52,606 nt of DNA from a virus. Lineage: Duplodnaviria > Caudoviricetes. How positions within the stretch are numbered: position 1 is the stretch's first letter; each line of letters opens with the position of its first letter. The notes under the pieces are model-generated. The model was not told the origin of the DNA and ran no database searches. It worked only from the letters and a program-made list of their open reading frames with translations. Location of the stretch: positions 1 through 52,606 of IMG/VR virus record IMGVR_UViG_3300010367_000142; one strand, written 5' to 3'. This document shows, one piece after another, positions 1-8,845 of the stretch. The translations under genes and the position numbers were made by a program.

Positions 1-26
1 CCCGAACCCGACCCACGGAGACCACG

Positions 27-911
27 ATGACCGAACCGATCACCGATCAGCAGCTCGACCTCGACGAGATCGAAGCCCGCGCCGCCCACCTTCACGAGTA
101 CGGCGACCCCACGGACACCCGAACTGCCGGATGGGAGGAACTCGCCGGGACCGACGTCCCTGCCCTCGTCACCGAAGTCCGCCGCCAGCGCACCGAGCTG
201 GAGCGCCGCGCCGAAGACGTCGCCTTCCTGGAGCGGACCACACTGCCGGAGCTGCGCCGCGAGATCGAGCACCACAAGGACGGCAAGCAGCGGTGGCGGG
301 CGCGCGCCGAGAAGGCCGACGCCCGCGCCGCCGAGCTGGCCGCCGTCGAGATGTTCACCCCGCAGCAGTGCCCGGCCGGGAAGCATGCGGACTGGCTCGT
401 CGACAGCGAGTACGCCCACGCCTGCCCCTGGTGCCAGATCGGCAGGCTCCACGCCGAGTCGGCCGCCGTGCACACCTTCCTCGACGAGCAGGAGCTCGCT
501 GCCCGCGCGTTCGAACTCCCGACCCCGGCGTGGGTGGAGGCGGTACGTGCCGCCTCAGCGACCTCAGGCGTGCCTGTGGGCGCCTCGCAGCCCTCCAGCG
601 TCTCCGAATCCGCGCAGAGCCCTACGGGAGCGGCTACGGGGCACCTGGGGGATCTGCCGTCCACCGAGGACCTCGCCTCCGCCGACAACCCCACCCCCCT
701 CCGCTGGGGCCTCAACGACGTCCAGTGGTGCGACGACGGCACCCTGCTCGTCATGCTGTCCGGCCCCGACCGGGAGGCGTACTGGCTGGAGCTGGACCCC
801 GAGCGGGCCGCCGTACTCCGTGAAGACCTCGCCGGGCCGGCCGAAGACCCCGCGCCCGCCGAGGACTTCACCGGCACCCAGCCGTGCGGCCACGACGAAA
901 GGAACTTCTGA
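27..911 (+). CDS. Hypothetical phage early protein, 3' end probably truncated by HNH insertion
   Basis: ATG with GGAG RBS, 294 aa, coiled-coil and CxxC segments, stop overlaps HNH start. Confidence 0.75.
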   Translation: MTEPITDQQLDLDEIEARAAHLHEYGDPTDTRTAGWEELAGTDVPALVTEVRRQRTELERRAEDVAFLERTTLPELRREIEHHKDGKQRWRARAEKADARAAELAAVEMFTPQQCPAGKHADWLVDSEYAHACPWCQIGRLHAESAAVHTFLDEQELAARAFELPTPAWVEAVRAASATSGVPVGASQPSSVSESAQSPTGAATGHLGDLPSTEDLASADNPTPLRWGLNDVQWCDDGTLLVMLSGPDREAYWLELDPERAAVLREDLAGPAEDPAPAEDFTGTQPCGHDERNF

Positions 912-1681
912 TGTCGAAAAGGATCGATCTCACCGGGCAACGCTTCGGGCGACTGACGGTGGTTGAGAAAGCCGAGCGCGCCACCGACGGCAGAGCACTG
1001 TGGCGCTGCACTTGCGAGTGCGGCGGCGAAAAAATCACACGGGCCCAACGCCTGAGCAGCGGGGCGACGCGTTCATGCGGCTGCCTGGGCCGAGAGAAGT
1101 CCGCTGAGCGGGCGCCCGACTTGAGCCGCGCGAACCGCACACATGGCATGACTGACACGCCGGAGTACGAGTCATGGAGCGCAATGGTGCAGAGGTGTAC
1201 CAACCAGCGAAACCCGGACTACTCCGGCTATGGCGGTCGCGGCATCACGGTGTGCGGCCGGTGGCGGACCTCGTTCGAGGCGTTCTACGCCGACATGGGG
1301 CCACGGCCGGCTGAGACTTCCCTGGACCGCATCGACGTGAATGGGAACTACGAGCCCGGCAACTGTCGATGGGCGACGCGGAAAGAGCAGCAGCGGAACA
1401 CGCGACGGAATCGGCTCGTCATGGCGTTCGGCGAGGAGCTGCCGCTGGCCGAGTGGGCAGAGCGCATCGGAATCGATTACGGCGCGCTGCAGGGGCGCCT
1501 CGACCGCGGTTGGTCGACTGAGCGGGCCCTGACCACCGGTGTTGACCCGGAGGTGCTCGCGGCGCTCGCCAAGGACTCCCCGCACCCGTGGGCCGACCGC
1601 CCGAACGTGTGGTGCCCCGGCATCGGCTACGACGACGACCAGGCCGCCGCCGACAGCAGCACCACCACCACCGCGCGTTGA
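911..1681 (+). CDS. HNH homing-type endonuclease
   Basis: IDLTGQRFGRLTV N-terminus, YGGRGITVC, SLDRIDVNGNYEPGNCRWAT motif; TGATG overlap at 909-913. Confidence 0.88.
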   Translation: MSKRIDLTGQRFGRLTVVEKAERATDGRALWRCTCECGGEKITRAQRLSSGATRSCGCLGREKSAERAPDLSRANRTHGMTDTPEYESWSAMVQRCTNQRNPDYSGYGGRGITVCGRWRTSFEAFYADMGPRPAETSLDRIDVNGNYEPGNCRWATRKEQQRNTRRNRLVMAFGEELPLAEWAERIGIDYGALQGRLDRGWSTERALTTGVDPEVLAALAKDSPHPWADRPNVWCPGIGYDDDQAAADSSTTTTAR

Positions 1682-1704
1682 ACCCCGCCAACAGGAGGCA
1701 CACC

Positions 1705-1992
1705 GTGAACGCCAGCACGAACATCCACCTCACCCTCGTCATCAACCGGCCCACGCCCGGCGAGTGGTTCGGCCGCCAAGACGTCCTCGAAGCCCTCGAA
1801 GCCGCGGGCTGGACCGGCGACACCGACATGCCGCTCAGCATCCTGCGGCACCCGTCCGGCGCCGTATGGGCCGTCCTCAACGAGTCCGACGACTCCGGCC
1901 TCGAATGCCCGAACGGGGCCGTCATCGAATTCCCCGGCAGCACACCGACCGTCGTCATCGTCGCCGCATGCCTCGCCGCTGCCGCCGTCTGA
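1705..1992 (+). CDS. Hypothetical protein
   Basis: GTG after AGGAGG RBS, high GC3. Confidence 0.7.
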   Translation: MNASTNIHLTLVINRPTPGEWFGRQDVLEALEAAGWTGDTDMPLSILRHPSGAVWAVLNESDDSGLECPNGAVIEFPGSTPTVVIVAACLAAAAV

Positions 1993-2028
1993 TCGTCCGC
2001 TGCCAGCACTCGCCACCCAGGAGACCCC

Positions 2029-2439
2029 GTGATCCGCGAGGACCGTTTCCTCATCAGCCGCAAGCCCTACGCCGTCGACCTGACCAGCCTTCGCGGCAGC
2101 CGCACCGACACCCCGAAGGGCCGCAACGAGTACTACTTCGGCGGCCGTATCGACGCTGTGTGGTTCCGCCGCCGCCAGGGCGTCACCGTCGCCTGCATCG
2201 GCGAACTCTGGGACCTCCAGCACCCCGAGCCGGCCGACGCCGTCCAGTTCCTGGAGCAGCACGCCGACGGCCGCTACGGGGGCGACTGCCACGGCCGCTG
2301 GGACGGCGACTCGTACTGGGGCAACGTCACGTTGGAGCAGCAGGAGCAGCACCTTGCGATCCTCCGACCGATGCTCGCCAACTACCCGGCGCTGCCCGGC
2401 GGCTACTCGGGTTGGTGGACGTTCCAGACCGGCCGCTGA
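2029..2439 (+). CDS. Hypothetical protein
   Basis: GTG after AGGAG RBS, high GC3. Confidence 0.75.
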   Translation: MIREDRFLISRKPYAVDLTSLRGSRTDTPKGRNEYYFGGRIDAVWFRRRQGVTVACIGELWDLQHPEPADAVQFLEQHADGRYGGDCHGRWDGDSYWGNVTLEQQEQHLAILRPMLANYPALPGGYSGWWTFQTGR

Positions 2440-2444
2440 CCCCG

Positions 2445-2467
2445 TTGTCAGTGCCAGCCCCTACCGT
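2445..2467 (+). promoter_or_regulatory. RecA-NDp/PafBC-type DNA-damage promoter motif
   Basis: TTGTCAGTG-CCAGCCCC-TACCGT matches TTGTCRGTG-N8-TAnnnT; intergenic, 28 nt before next start. Confidence 0.7.
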
Positions 2468-2495
2468 CCCAACACCACACAAACCAGGAGGAATT

Positions 2496-2861
2496 GTGAC
2501 CGCTAAGCCCCGCTGGAAGTCCCGCATCCGCTGGGACGACAACGACCGCACCACCCACGACGGCCGCACCTACGAGCTGGAGACCCACAGCTACCACCGT
2601 GGCAAAGCGGGCTGGTCCGAGACGGACGACTACCACGTCCACGAAGTGGCCGGCAGTGGCCAGGCCGACCCGCGCCCGCTGTACGGGCCGCTCGGCACGA
2701 ACCGGCGCCGCGCCGTCCGCCTGGCCGAGCTGCGGCTCCTCGGCTGGACGCCGACGCAGGCCATGGACCGCGAGCCCGGGACCGGCCGCGACCGCTGGCG
2801 CTCCCCGGCCGGCGAGCTGCACGCCCTGAACGACGTGCTGTCCGGCGCCGTCCCTCACTGA
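2496..2861 (+). CDS. Hypothetical protein
   Basis: GTG after AGGAGG RBS; VTAKPRWKSRIRW... Confidence 0.7.
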   Translation: MTAKPRWKSRIRWDDNDRTTHDGRTYELETHSYHRGKAGWSETDDYHVHEVAGSGQADPRPLYGPLGTNRRRAVRLAELRLLGWTPTQAMDREPGTGRDRWRSPAGELHALNDVLSGAVPH

Positions 2862-2935
2862 CCCCGCGACCGGCCGCCGCGCAGTCGAAGTGCGCGGCGG
2901 CCGGCACCCCTCGAACCTTCCACACCAGGAGCGAC

Positions 2936-4009
2936 ATGACCACCGACCCGCAGCGCTACCGTCACCGATCCGAAGAGGTCGAAGCCGTCCAGTGGACCGG
3001 CGACAACGCCGACGTCCTGCGCGCCTTCGCCGGACCCGACTTCGACGAGATCGACCTCGACGACCGCACCGAGGACCCTGACGAGACCGCCGCTGTGCGC
3101 GAGTCCGAGCACGGAACCTGGCGCGGCCTGAAGCCCGGGGACTGGGTGGTGCGGCTCGACGGGGGCCTGTACGAGTTCGCCGCCGCCGACTTCGCGAAGC
3201 AGTACGAGCCGACGCCTGCCGCGCCTGAGGCCGCGCCGCCCACCGGACAGACCGGGCTCCGCGACCGGATCGCCGAGGCCATCGCCGACGCGCTCAAGCC
3301 GCGCTATGGCGGCCCGCAGCACAACACCCCTGGAGGGCTGCCGCTAACCGCGACCGCCGAGGAGCTTCGCCTTCACCGCGCACAGCCGCTCGCTAACGCG
3401 GTCCTGTCGGTCCTGTTCGGCCCGATCCCCGCCGGCACCGACACCGCGACGTGGACGGCAATCCGGGCAATCCAGCTCATGAACGAGGCGGGACGGGAAC
3501 GGGATGCGAGCACCGGGGCTTCCGCGCTCACCGACAAACTGCTGCGCGTCCGCGATCTGCACCGCGAGACGTGCATCGCCGCGAAGGGCGACCTCTCACC
3601 GACTGCGTTCTGCTGCGGGATGTGCCAGGTGCTCGACGCGCCCGCCGCTGCCGTACTGCCTGCGCCCGTGGACCGGGCCGCCGTGTTCGCCGGGGTCCGC
3701 CCGCAGACGCTGACCGCGATCGCCTCCCACCTCGACGCCCGCGCCGTCGCCATCCTCCGGCCGGACAGCGAGACCTACGGCGAGTGGCAGGCCGTCGTTG
3801 CCGAGCTGCGCCAACTCGCCGCCGGGACGCCCCAGCCCGAAACGCAGGCCGCTGCCGTGCTGCTGTCCAGCCCGTGCGACGCGTGCCGCCACACCCTCAA
3901 CTGGCACCGGAACGACATTGGGTGCGTGGTCGCCCGCTGCGTCTGCTCCCGCTTCCAGCCGCCCGCCGACGACGCGCCCGCCGTCACGCTGCCCGGCAAG
4001 GAGGCGTGA
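2936..4009 (+). CDS. Mosaic hypothetical protein with N-terminal PGDW/PGDYG-like phage domain
   Basis: EVEAVQWTGDN...LKPGDWVV...FAKQYEP; C-terminal Cys/His clusters. Confidence 0.75.
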   Translation: MTTDPQRYRHRSEEVEAVQWTGDNADVLRAFAGPDFDEIDLDDRTEDPDETAAVRESEHGTWRGLKPGDWVVRLDGGLYEFAAADFAKQYEPTPAAPEAAPPTGQTGLRDRIAEAIADALKPRYGGPQHNTPGGLPLTATAEELRLHRAQPLANAVLSVLFGPIPAGTDTATWTAIRAIQLMNEAGRERDASTGASALTDKLLRVRDLHRETCIAAKGDLSPTAFCCGMCQVLDAPAAAVLPAPVDRAAVFAGVRPQTLTAIASHLDARAVAILRPDSETYGEWQAVVAELRQLAAGTPQPETQAAAVLLSSPCDACRHTLNWHRNDIGCVVARCVCSRFQPPADDAPAVTLPGKEA

Positions 4010-4010
4010 C

Positions 4011-4328
4011 GTGGTCTGGCTGTACGTCGCCGCCGCTCTGGCCGTGGGGTTCGCCCTCGGCCGGGCCCGGCTCGGACACCGCGCCTCCCAGTGGGCGGCA
4101 TGGCAGTCCGTCGGCACGCTCCCCGCCCGGCGCACCGTCCGCTTCTGGGCGATGTTCACGGTGCTGTCCGCCGAGAACATCGGCTGGCTGATCGCCCACC
4201 CCGTCAAGGGCTGGCACGCCTGGCAGCACCGCAACGACCCGCCACCGCCGAGGAGTCCGGCGCCCGTGCGCGACCCCGACTGGGCGGCGAAGCGCCTGCC
4301 CGACCACACCATCGACAAGGAGAACTGA
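4011..4328 (+). CDS. Small membrane protein
   Basis: Hydrophobic N-terminus VVWLYVAAALAVGFALG. Confidence 0.65.
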   Translation: MVWLYVAAALAVGFALGRARLGHRASQWAAWQSVGTLPARRTVRFWAMFTVLSAENIGWLIAHPVKGWHAWQHRNDPPPPRSPAPVRDPDWAAKRLPDHTIDKEN

Positions 4329-4330
4329 CC

Positions 4331-4621
4331 GTGGATGAGACCTCCACCATCTGCATCTGGTGCCCCGACCGGCCGAAGATCCCCAGCGGTCAGTTCAACG
4401 AGCACGTCGACCGCATGCACCCGTCGATCTCCGACGCCCGCCAGTCCGCGCACTGCTGGTCGCGCGCCGAGGTCGGCACGCCTGACGCCGTGATCCGCGA
4501 GATCGCCTGCGGACGGGGACGGCACCGGTGGGGCAAGCACCGCAACGACGACGTCCGGTGGAGCTGCCCGCGCCGCTGCGGCTGCATCCGTCACGCCCGC
4601 AAGCAAGCCAAGGAGGCCTGA
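4331..4621 (+). CDS. Cys/His-rich hypothetical protein
   Basis: GTG after AAGGAG; CIWC, CPRRCGC. Confidence 0.6.
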   Translation: MDETSTICIWCPDRPKIPSGQFNEHVDRMHPSISDARQSAHCWSRAEVGTPDAVIREIACGRGRHRWGKHRNDDVRWSCPRRCGCIRHARKQAKEA

Positions 4622-4623
4622 CC

Positions 4624-4863
4624 GTGCCCACGCACACCAGCGAGACGATCACCCGCACCATCCGCCGCTGGATCATCCCCGCCGCCGAACCCTGGGGCGC
4701 CTGCATCGGCGACATCAGCGCCGCCAGCGCCGACGCCTGCCGCGTCTACCGGGAAGTACACGGGCTGACTGCGGGCGCGCCGCTGCCCGATGACGCACTC
4801 CGCTTCCACATCGGCGACGACGAGATCGTCATCAGCTTCGAGACCGAGGAGCCCGCGCCGTGA
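4624..4863 (+). CDS. Hypothetical protein
   Basis: GTG after AGGAGG; coupled to neighbours. Confidence 0.65.
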   Translation: MPTHTSETITRTIRRWIIPAAEPWGACIGDISAASADACRVYREVHGLTAGAPLPDDALRFHIGDDEIVISFETEEPAP

Positions 4864-5162
4864 TCGACCGCCCTGCCCCGGCGGCTTCGGTCGTGGAATT
4901 CCTCGCCCTGCGTCTCGCCCTCAATGACGGCTGGCTCGCCGACACCGACGGCTGGGGACGCTCCGATCCGTCGATGCGGAAGTCCTACCTCGACCTCGCC
5001 CGCACCGCCCTCGCCGTCACCGGCGGCCCGACCGAGGCGCAGCAGCAGGTGGCCGCCCTGGACGCCGAAGTCCGTGAGCTGACACGGCAACGGGACCGGT
5101 ACCGGGAGGCGTGGCTGAGCGCCGGCCGAGGGCGACGCCGTGCCCGCAGGAGCACCCCGTGA
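4860..5162 (+). CDS. Hypothetical protein
   Basis: GTGA overlap with previous gene. Confidence 0.6.
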   Translation: MIDRPAPAASVVEFLALRLALNDGWLADTDGWGRSDPSMRKSYLDLARTALAVTGGPTEAQQQVAALDAEVRELTRQRDRYREAWLSAGRGRRRARRSTP

Positions 5163-5464
5163 TCGCCGAAGCCGTGGATGCCGCGATGACTGTCGGCTGG
5201 GCGCTCCTCGTGTGGGTGGTGCTGACGGCCGTGGCCGCGACGGCCGCCCTGTACACGCTCGTCGTGGGCGTGTGGGTGGCCGGCCGACTCGCATGGCGGA
5301 TGGTGCGGCTTGCTCGTGCCCACCGAACCCCTCCGTCGGACTTGCCGATTCCCGCATCCATAGCGGCCCGTAGACGGCCGCAACCCTCCTGGGCGGTCCC
5401 GAGCGACCCCGAAGCCCTGAACGCCAGCCCTAGCCCCGAATCCGAGACGAGGAACATCGCATGA
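5159..5464 (+). CDS. Membrane protein
   Basis: GTGA overlap; long hydrophobic stretch. Confidence 0.6.
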   Translation: MIAEAVDAAMTVGWALLVWVVLTAVAATAALYTLVVGVWVAGRLAWRMVRLARAHRTPPSDLPIPASIAARRRPQPSWAVPSDPEALNASPSPESETRNIA

Positions 5465-5712
5465 TCACCCACGGCGCATGCGGCCAGACCTGGACCGGCC
5501 TCCGCCGCGCCCACTGCCCGGCATGCTGCACCACCTTCAACTCCGACAGCGCCGCCGAAAAGCACCGCATCGGCAAGCCCGGCATCGACCGCCGCTGCGC
5601 CGACCCCGCCTCGGTCGGACTCGTCGCCGTCGAGCAGCCGTGGGGCATCTGCTGGCAGGCGCCCGGCAGCGACCTTCGGTTCACCAACGACGCGGCCCCC
5701 GAAGCCGCCTGA
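5461..5712 (+). CDS. FDxHR-like putative zinc-binding phage protein
   Basis: CGQTW..AHCPACCTTFNSDSAAEKHR. Confidence 0.7.
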   Translation: MITHGACGQTWTGLRRAHCPACCTTFNSDSAAEKHRIGKPGIDRRCADPASVGLVAVEQPWGICWQAPGSDLRFTNDAAPEAA

Positions 5713-5770
5713 CCGCCCCGAGTGCCGGGCCCGCACCGGCCCGGCGCCGCACGACACACCGGAGGAACCG

Positions 5771-5947
5771 ATGCCCGTCCGCGCCCCCCTCCCGCCCCTC
5801 CCCGACCTTGATGCCCTCGCCACCAGCCAGCACCCGGCCCTTGCGCAGGTCGCCGCCGACCTGACCGGCCGACCCGCCAACTGCGCCGCCTTCTACGAGG
5901 ACTCGCCCTACGTGGCCCTCACCGCACACGCAAAGGCGCAGCGATGA
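5771..5947 (+). CDS. 58-aa peptide resembling YxD-type cyclophane RiPP precursors (not in ORF track)
   Basis: GGAGG RBS at 5761; MPVRAPLPPLPDLDALATSQHPALAQVAADLTGRPANCAAFYEDSPYVALTAHAKAQR; ATGA overlap with next gene. Confidence 0.6.
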   Translation: MPVRAPLPPLPDLDALATSQHPALAQVAADLTGRPANCAAFYEDSPYVALTAHAKAQR

Positions 5948-6138
5948 GCACGGCCGCCGACGACGGCCAGCTGTGCGGCGTCCCGCACTACGACTACCCC
6001 GAGTCCCGCTGCACCGAGCCCGCCAGCCACTACCGGTGGCGCGTCGACTCGCACGCCGCACCGCTCATCATCGCCGGGCGCCAGTGCGGCGCCATCGCCT
6101 GGGATGAACCCATCCGCCCGACAGGAGACCAGCCGTGA
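5944..6138 (+). CDS. Hypothetical protein
   Basis: ATGA overlap; Cys/His motif. Confidence 0.55.
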   Translation: MSTAADDGQLCGVPHYDYPESRCTEPASHYRWRVDSHAAPLIIAGRQCGAIAWDEPIRPTGDQP

Positions 6139-6389
6139 ACGACCAGCCCCACCTCACCCGCAACTCCGAAACCCTCCACATCACCGCCACCCAATGGGCC
6201 CGCCCCGCCACCGACCCCAACCGCATCACCCTCCTGCCCGGCGACTGGCTTATTCACGGCATCATCCGCGCCCCCGTCGCCACCTCGGATGACCCGGACG
6301 CGCTGCGCCTGCTGCTGGAGTACGCGCTCGCCACCCTCGACCACGCCGGCCAGGGTCCAGACGCCCACCTCGACGACATGGAGGCGTGA
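6135..6389 (+). CDS. Hypothetical protein
   Basis: GTGA overlap, AGGAG RBS. Confidence 0.6.
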   Translation: MNDQPHLTRNSETLHITATQWARPATDPNRITLLPGDWLIHGIIRAPVATSDDPDALRLLLEYALATLDHAGQGPDAHLDDMEA

Positions 6390-6459
6390 TGGCCACCGCC
6401 CTCGACCCCGAGCCGGACGAGAAGGACGACGGGCCCTGGTGTCGCGCGAGGAGGCAGCC

Positions 6460-6639
6460 ATGAAGCAGCTCACCTTCGACGACTGCACCCCCGACTGGCC
6501 CGCACCCGAATCGCCGGTACGCCAGCACCCCGCCGACACCCGCTACCACCTCCGCCCCCAAGACGACCTGCGGGGCCAAGGCATCCCTGACAGCCGCCGC
6601 CGCATCATCACCGTTCCGATCAGCCAGGAGTACCTGTGA
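6460..6639 (+). CDS. Hypothetical protein
   Basis: ATG after GGAGG; MKQLTFDD... Confidence 0.55.
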   Translation: MKQLTFDDCTPDWPAPESPVRQHPADTRYHLRPQDDLRGQGIPDSRRRIITVPISQEYL

Positions 6640-7007
6640 ACGACCAGCCTGTGAACGGCGTCGGCATGCCCGCCGCCCTCCACCTCGACGCGTTCGGCCG
6701 CGAGATCGACGCCGCCTTCGGACATCTGCCCTACCTCGTCGGCACCGCATCCGTCGGCAAAACCTGGCGGGACGTCGACGTGCGGCTCATCCTCCCCGAC
6801 GACGAGTTCGACCACCTGTTCCCGCCCGTCGAGCCTGGCCAGTTCCCCGACGGACTGTGGAGCCTGCTGTGCGCCGCAATCTCCGAGCTCGCCCGCCAGC
6901 GCACCGGGCTGCCCGTCGACTTCCAGATCCAGCGACAGACCTACGCCAACGACCGCTTCCCCGGGGTACGCCAAGCCCTCGGACTTCACGACAGGAACGG
7001 CCAGTGA
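6636..7007 (+). CDS. Minimal Pol-beta superfamily nucleotidyltransferase-like protein
   Basis: YLVGT...RDVDVRLIL (hG[ST]..DxD) plus a later PVDFQ acidic strand. Confidence 0.65.
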   Translation: MNDQPVNGVGMPAALHLDAFGREIDAAFGHLPYLVGTASVGKTWRDVDVRLILPDDEFDHLFPPVEPGQFPDGLWSLLCAAISELARQRTGLPVDFQIQRQTYANDRFPGVRQALGLHDRNGQ

Positions 7008-7300
7008 CCGACCGCCGCACAGTCGACACGATCAACGACGACCAGCTCAGCCAGCTGTACGACAACCTCGGCCGCGCCGAGACGGAGAACGCTGAACTCC
7101 GCGACGCCCTCGCCCACTGCCACGAACGCGAACCCCGGCAGCGCGCCGAAGCCGCCCTCGCCCGCGTCACCGACCTCCAGGCGCAGTGGCTCGCGGCCGG
7201 ACCCCCGCCCCTCGGCGTCCCGATCGCCCGCTGGTGGGATGCCCGCCTCGTCGAACTGCACAACGCCATCCGACCGGCCGCCGAGGAGCCCACCCCGTGA
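7004..7300 (+). CDS. Hypothetical protein
   Basis: GTGA overlap; coiled-coil. Confidence 0.65.
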   Translation: MTDRRTVDTINDDQLSQLYDNLGRAETENAELRDALAHCHEREPRQRAEAALARVTDLQAQWLAAGPPPLGVPIARWWDARLVELHNAIRPAAEEPTP

Positions 7301-8334
7301 CCGACCAGCCGACCACCAAAGAGCAGACCCTCAAGCCCACCCTCGGCGAGGACATCACCGAACTGTTCAGCCGCGTCGCCAAGCTCAACGATCAGATGGC
7401 CGCCGTCCTCGCCCCTGAGTGGGGTGCACGGATGGGCATCATCCCCGAAGGGCACCCGCTCCACCCCGGCGTGAGTTGTTCGCCCGCCGCGCCGGAATCC
7501 GAACCGAACCACCCGCGAACAACCCTGGACAACCCCGCCACCAGCAGCGCCTGGACTCCACCCCCGCCCGGCGACCGGCGCGAACAACTCCCCGACGCGA
7601 TCCTCGCCCTGCTGCCCGCGAAGCCGTACCTGTCCACCGCCTGCGACACCGCCCAGCAGCTGGAGCAAGCGCCCGCCCCGATCCCGACGAGCAGCGGCGC
7701 CATCCCGAACGTGCCCTGGTACGCGGAACGGATGCACGCCCGCTGCCGCCTCCAGCACAAGTTCACTGGGATGCCGTGCAGTTGCCCGTGTCACCAGCCG
7801 GCCGAGCCGCCCGTGCACATCGGCGGCCAGGCCAACGCGGAGGACTGCCCCGCCTGCAAGGGCACCAACCCGGACTACCCGTTCATCTGCCCCGGGCCGG
7901 ACACCGCCGCGGTCGACGAGGTCGACGAGGCAGCCGGCGCGTGGACACCCGACCCGCCCATCGGATGCCTCACGGTCACCGCCGAACGCACACCGTCCCA
8001 ACTCCCCGAACTCCGCGACCAGCTCGCAGACGCGACAGTGCCGCTCCTGCTCGACACCCTGCCCAAGGTCATCGCCAGGTCGCGCGGGTATGAGGTGGCC
8101 GACGCCGTCATGACGCTCCTCTACCGTGAATGGCCGTGGCTTCGCGCCGAGGCCGAGGAGCGGGACCAGCCCGGTGCCACCCTCCCCGCTCTCACCCCAT
8201 GTACCTGCCGCCAAAGCGTCCACACCCGCGAACACGGGACACCAGTCGACGGCTGCCCGTGGTGTACGCCGAACCCTGACCGACAGACCGGACAGACTGA
8301 CGCCGCAACCGCGCCGACAGGAGACCTACTGTGA
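7297..8334 (+). CDS. Mosaic hypothetical protein with Cys-rich motifs
   Basis: GTGA overlap; YLSTAC, CRLQHKFTGMPCSCPCH, CPAC. Confidence 0.7.
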   Translation: MTDQPTTKEQTLKPTLGEDITELFSRVAKLNDQMAAVLAPEWGARMGIIPEGHPLHPGVSCSPAAPESEPNHPRTTLDNPATSSAWTPPPPGDRREQLPDAILALLPAKPYLSTACDTAQQLEQAPAPIPTSSGAIPNVPWYAERMHARCRLQHKFTGMPCSCPCHQPAEPPVHIGGQANAEDCPACKGTNPDYPFICPGPDTAAVDEVDEAAGAWTPDPPIGCLTVTAERTPSQLPELRDQLADATVPLLLDTLPKVIARSRGYEVADAVMTLLYREWPWLRAEAEERDQPGATLPALTPCTCRQSVHTREHGTPVDGCPWCTPNPDRQTGQTDAATAPTGDLL

Positions 8335-8780
8335 CCGTCCGCCACCATCCCAAGCCCCTGCCGGACGAGCACTGGCAAGGCGAAGAACTCGCCGCCGACG
8401 ACACCCACCGCTACCTGTGGCTGTGGCAGGGCTTCAACATCCGCCTGATCGCAGTCCCGCACGACGACGACCTGGGCTACGACCACGGCTGGTGCTACCC
8501 CCGTGACCCCGCAATCGTCCGGGCCGCGGTCGCTGGCTGGGACCCCGACACGCAAGACGAGCCCGCCGACTGGCACAAACGGCCCACCACGCCCGTGCGG
8601 CGAGCCCCACGCCGCGACGAGCAGCCGGACTACAACCGGCCCCGCTGCGTCCACGGCTGCTACCTGCACGACGGATGCCGCACCATCGGCTGCCCAGAAG
8701 CAGTCGGCCACGGCGGCCCCTCGGTACGTGAAGCAGCCGCCGCCGACCGACGCTGGGAACTGGAGAAGACGGGCGAATGA
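8331..8780 (+). CDS. Hypothetical protein, last gene of early run
   Basis: GTGA overlap; YDHGWCYP, CVHGC. Confidence 0.7.
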   Translation: MTVRHHPKPLPDEHWQGEELAADDTHRYLWLWQGFNIRLIAVPHDDDLGYDHGWCYPRDPAIVRAAVAGWDPDTQDEPADWHKRPTTPVRRAPRRDEQPDYNRPRCVHGCYLHDGCRTIGCPEAVGHGGPSVREAAAADRRWELEKTGE

Positions 8781-8845
8781 CGCTGGTGGCGCGAGGGTCA
8801 ACAGCGCAACGAGGGCCCGGCCGAGACGATCGGCCGGGCCCTTCG

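Noticed and set aside
6389-6463. 24-aa ORF MATALDPEPDEKDDGPWCRARRQP
   Set aside because: Coupled at both ends but too short to support; possibly a gene remnant
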